This document shows, piece after piece, positions 62,184 to 64,000 of a DNA stretch of 64,000 nucleotides. Made by a program: the position numbers and the translations under genes. Position 1 is the first letter of the stretch, and each line of letters opens with the position of its first letter. The notes under the pieces are model-generated. The model was not told the DNA's origin. It made no database searches and worked only from the letters and a program-made list of their open reading frames with translations. Origin of the DNA: Ruditapes philippinarum (Eukaryota); contig NW_026856458.1 in the NCBI RefSeq assembly GCF_026571515.1, forward strand, positions 310,001-374,000, written 5' to 3'.

Positions 62184-63689
62184 GTAATGTGGGGATACAT
62201 TCAAATTTATTAGATAATATAGTGTAGCTCGCAGAGACAAATAATTACACAGGTACTTTTTGATATCCTTTTAACTAAAACGAAAAATGTCTGTTTTAAA
62301 TTGCTGTTTATATTTTCAAGGAAAAGTAAACAAATCATTATTTTGTATCATACAGGACCTAACTGCATTATCCTAAATATTACGAGGATGAGAATACTCA
62401 TTGTTTTAGGCCGCGTCTACACCTAGTCAAGTTTCTCACATTTAGATAAGCTAAATAAATGGCCAATTCAATATAATCAGGTACAATTTTTACTGAAATG
62501 ACTCATTAAGATTGCCCAGGATTTATACCTTTGTCTTTGCAATACTATCATGTTTCTAAAAAAGCGGGAAAATGATGCAATTAGCTAAAAACAATGGACC
62601 AGGGTTAAATGAAATGTGTGTATTCTTGTAAAATAAATGGAAAATGTGAGAGAAAAAATATTTTGAGCTTATAAATTGTTGCAAACTCTTTATTTGATGA
62701 AAGTTAATTTCACTTAGTAAACAAAAAATTTTAAATTCCCCATTGATTATACTTTTGAAAAACTGATCCTTTTTTCTTTTTCTTCTTCTTTTGCTCTTCT
62801 GTGTATCAGTTTATCGATTTTTTTTCCTTTGAACATTTACTGAAATTCACAGGTCAGTACAAAAAGTCAGAAAATAATAATAAAACAGCATTATCACACA
62901 TTCGGGGCACATGTTTTGTGTCAAACCAGTGTTATCAGTGTCTTGACAGCCAAAAACTTGTAGAAAAATAGAATCTGTTTTAAAATTTTCTCGCAAGAAA
63001 TTATCTTCATGGATGTCACATAATTTCTCTTTTAAAACCATTTAAGTAGGGTGTCTTGATAGGTGTTGACGGGGCCTTACATGCCAGCTAGAGTTATTGG
63101 ACCCAATACACCTGTATACCTTATTAAGGGTGCGTGTTTGAACGTGACTGCTGGGGATAAAACAATGTCATGCTTGTTTAAAGATGTGACAGTTTCTCTA
63201 TTTTCATCTGATATCGAATTGTAATAGCCAATATGCAGTTATATGTGTAAGGGTTTATTATATGTTTTATTAGCGCTGTACAACTAAATCCTACCGTCTG
63301 TTGAGGCCTCAACAGAGACGGTAGGATTTTGCAGTACAGCACCACTTAAAACTAAGATGTACAAGCAAATCTTAATGTGTGAAGGCTACTATTTCTTGAA
63401 TTCATACAACTTAATACTAGATTTACAGGATAGGACATGTTTTATTTCTTAATACTTTTTTTGTAAGACCTCCTACGATGAAAGGTATCATTTTTCCCAA
63501 TTATCCCCTGATAATGTGTTTAATGAATTGAATTCCAGAACAATTAGGACTAAAAGGTAAACATAGTAGTAAGACTTTCTACGGTCGTCTTATTACAAAC
63601 TCTTACCCTTGTTTTAACCAATTTACATACATTTCAAACATTCGTTCTTTTATTCTTATTTTTGAAATTAAAACGTCTAACCCGTATTA

Positions 63690-64000
63690 TAGGATATGCA
63701 GGAAAACAGATGTTCTACCCCGTGTAATGTGATATATGGGAAAACAGTTGTTTTACCCCGTGTAATATGATATATGGTTTAAAATTTGGGTTCTTTCCCC
63801 GGGAATATTATATATTAAAAAAAGTTTTTTTACCCCGTTAAATTTTAAAAATTGGTAAAGTAAGGGTTTTCTTTCCTCGGTTTTAATATGATAAAATGGG
63901 GGAAAAAGGTTTTTCCCCTTTTAATATGAATTTTTAGAAAGCAGGTGTTCTACCCAGTGTATTATGATATATGGAAAAGCTTGTGTTCTATTCCCGTGTT
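63690..64000. repeat. Degenerate ~40-bp minisatellite running off the window end
   Basis: Recurrent ttctacccgtgtaatatgatatatgggaaaa motif with many homopolymer-length variants. Confidence 0.75.

Noticed and set aside
62847-63210. Coding-like minus-strand segment (MVLKEKLCDIHEDN...)
   Set aside because: Interrupted by stops upstream, with no recognisable domain or linked exons; possibly a decayed fragment but unsupported.

Overview
AT-rich, repeat-dense eukaryotic (animal) genomic DNA with two N-gaps. The repeat families resemble ones I recall from bivalve molluscs (inference, no database search run): V/Meta-domain-type SINEs, a pearl/HINE-type element with central satellite, and TTAA-flanked Kolobok-type MITEs. 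I found no prokaryotic features, CRISPR array or rRNA. Main contents: (1) a ~6.3-kb hAT-superfamily transposon (27558-33853) with perfect 13-bp TIRs, an unusual 5-bp target-site duplication and a 6-exon ZMYM1/THAP12-like transposase, including one GC-AG intron and frameshifts that look like homopolymer errors; (2) a multi-exon gene (43538-53220, +) with 14 exons placed and one early exon unresolved, encoding an unrecognised ~650-aa protein that begins MGAGCSK (myristoylation/palmitoylation-type N-terminus) downstream of an RFX X-box-like motif; (3) a nearly homogeneous array of five ~628-bp units packed with back-to-back hairpins (11728-14933), with older relatives dispersed elsewhere in the window; (4) a degraded LINE, a probable pseudogene, and many SINEs, MITEs, palindromes and minisatellites.
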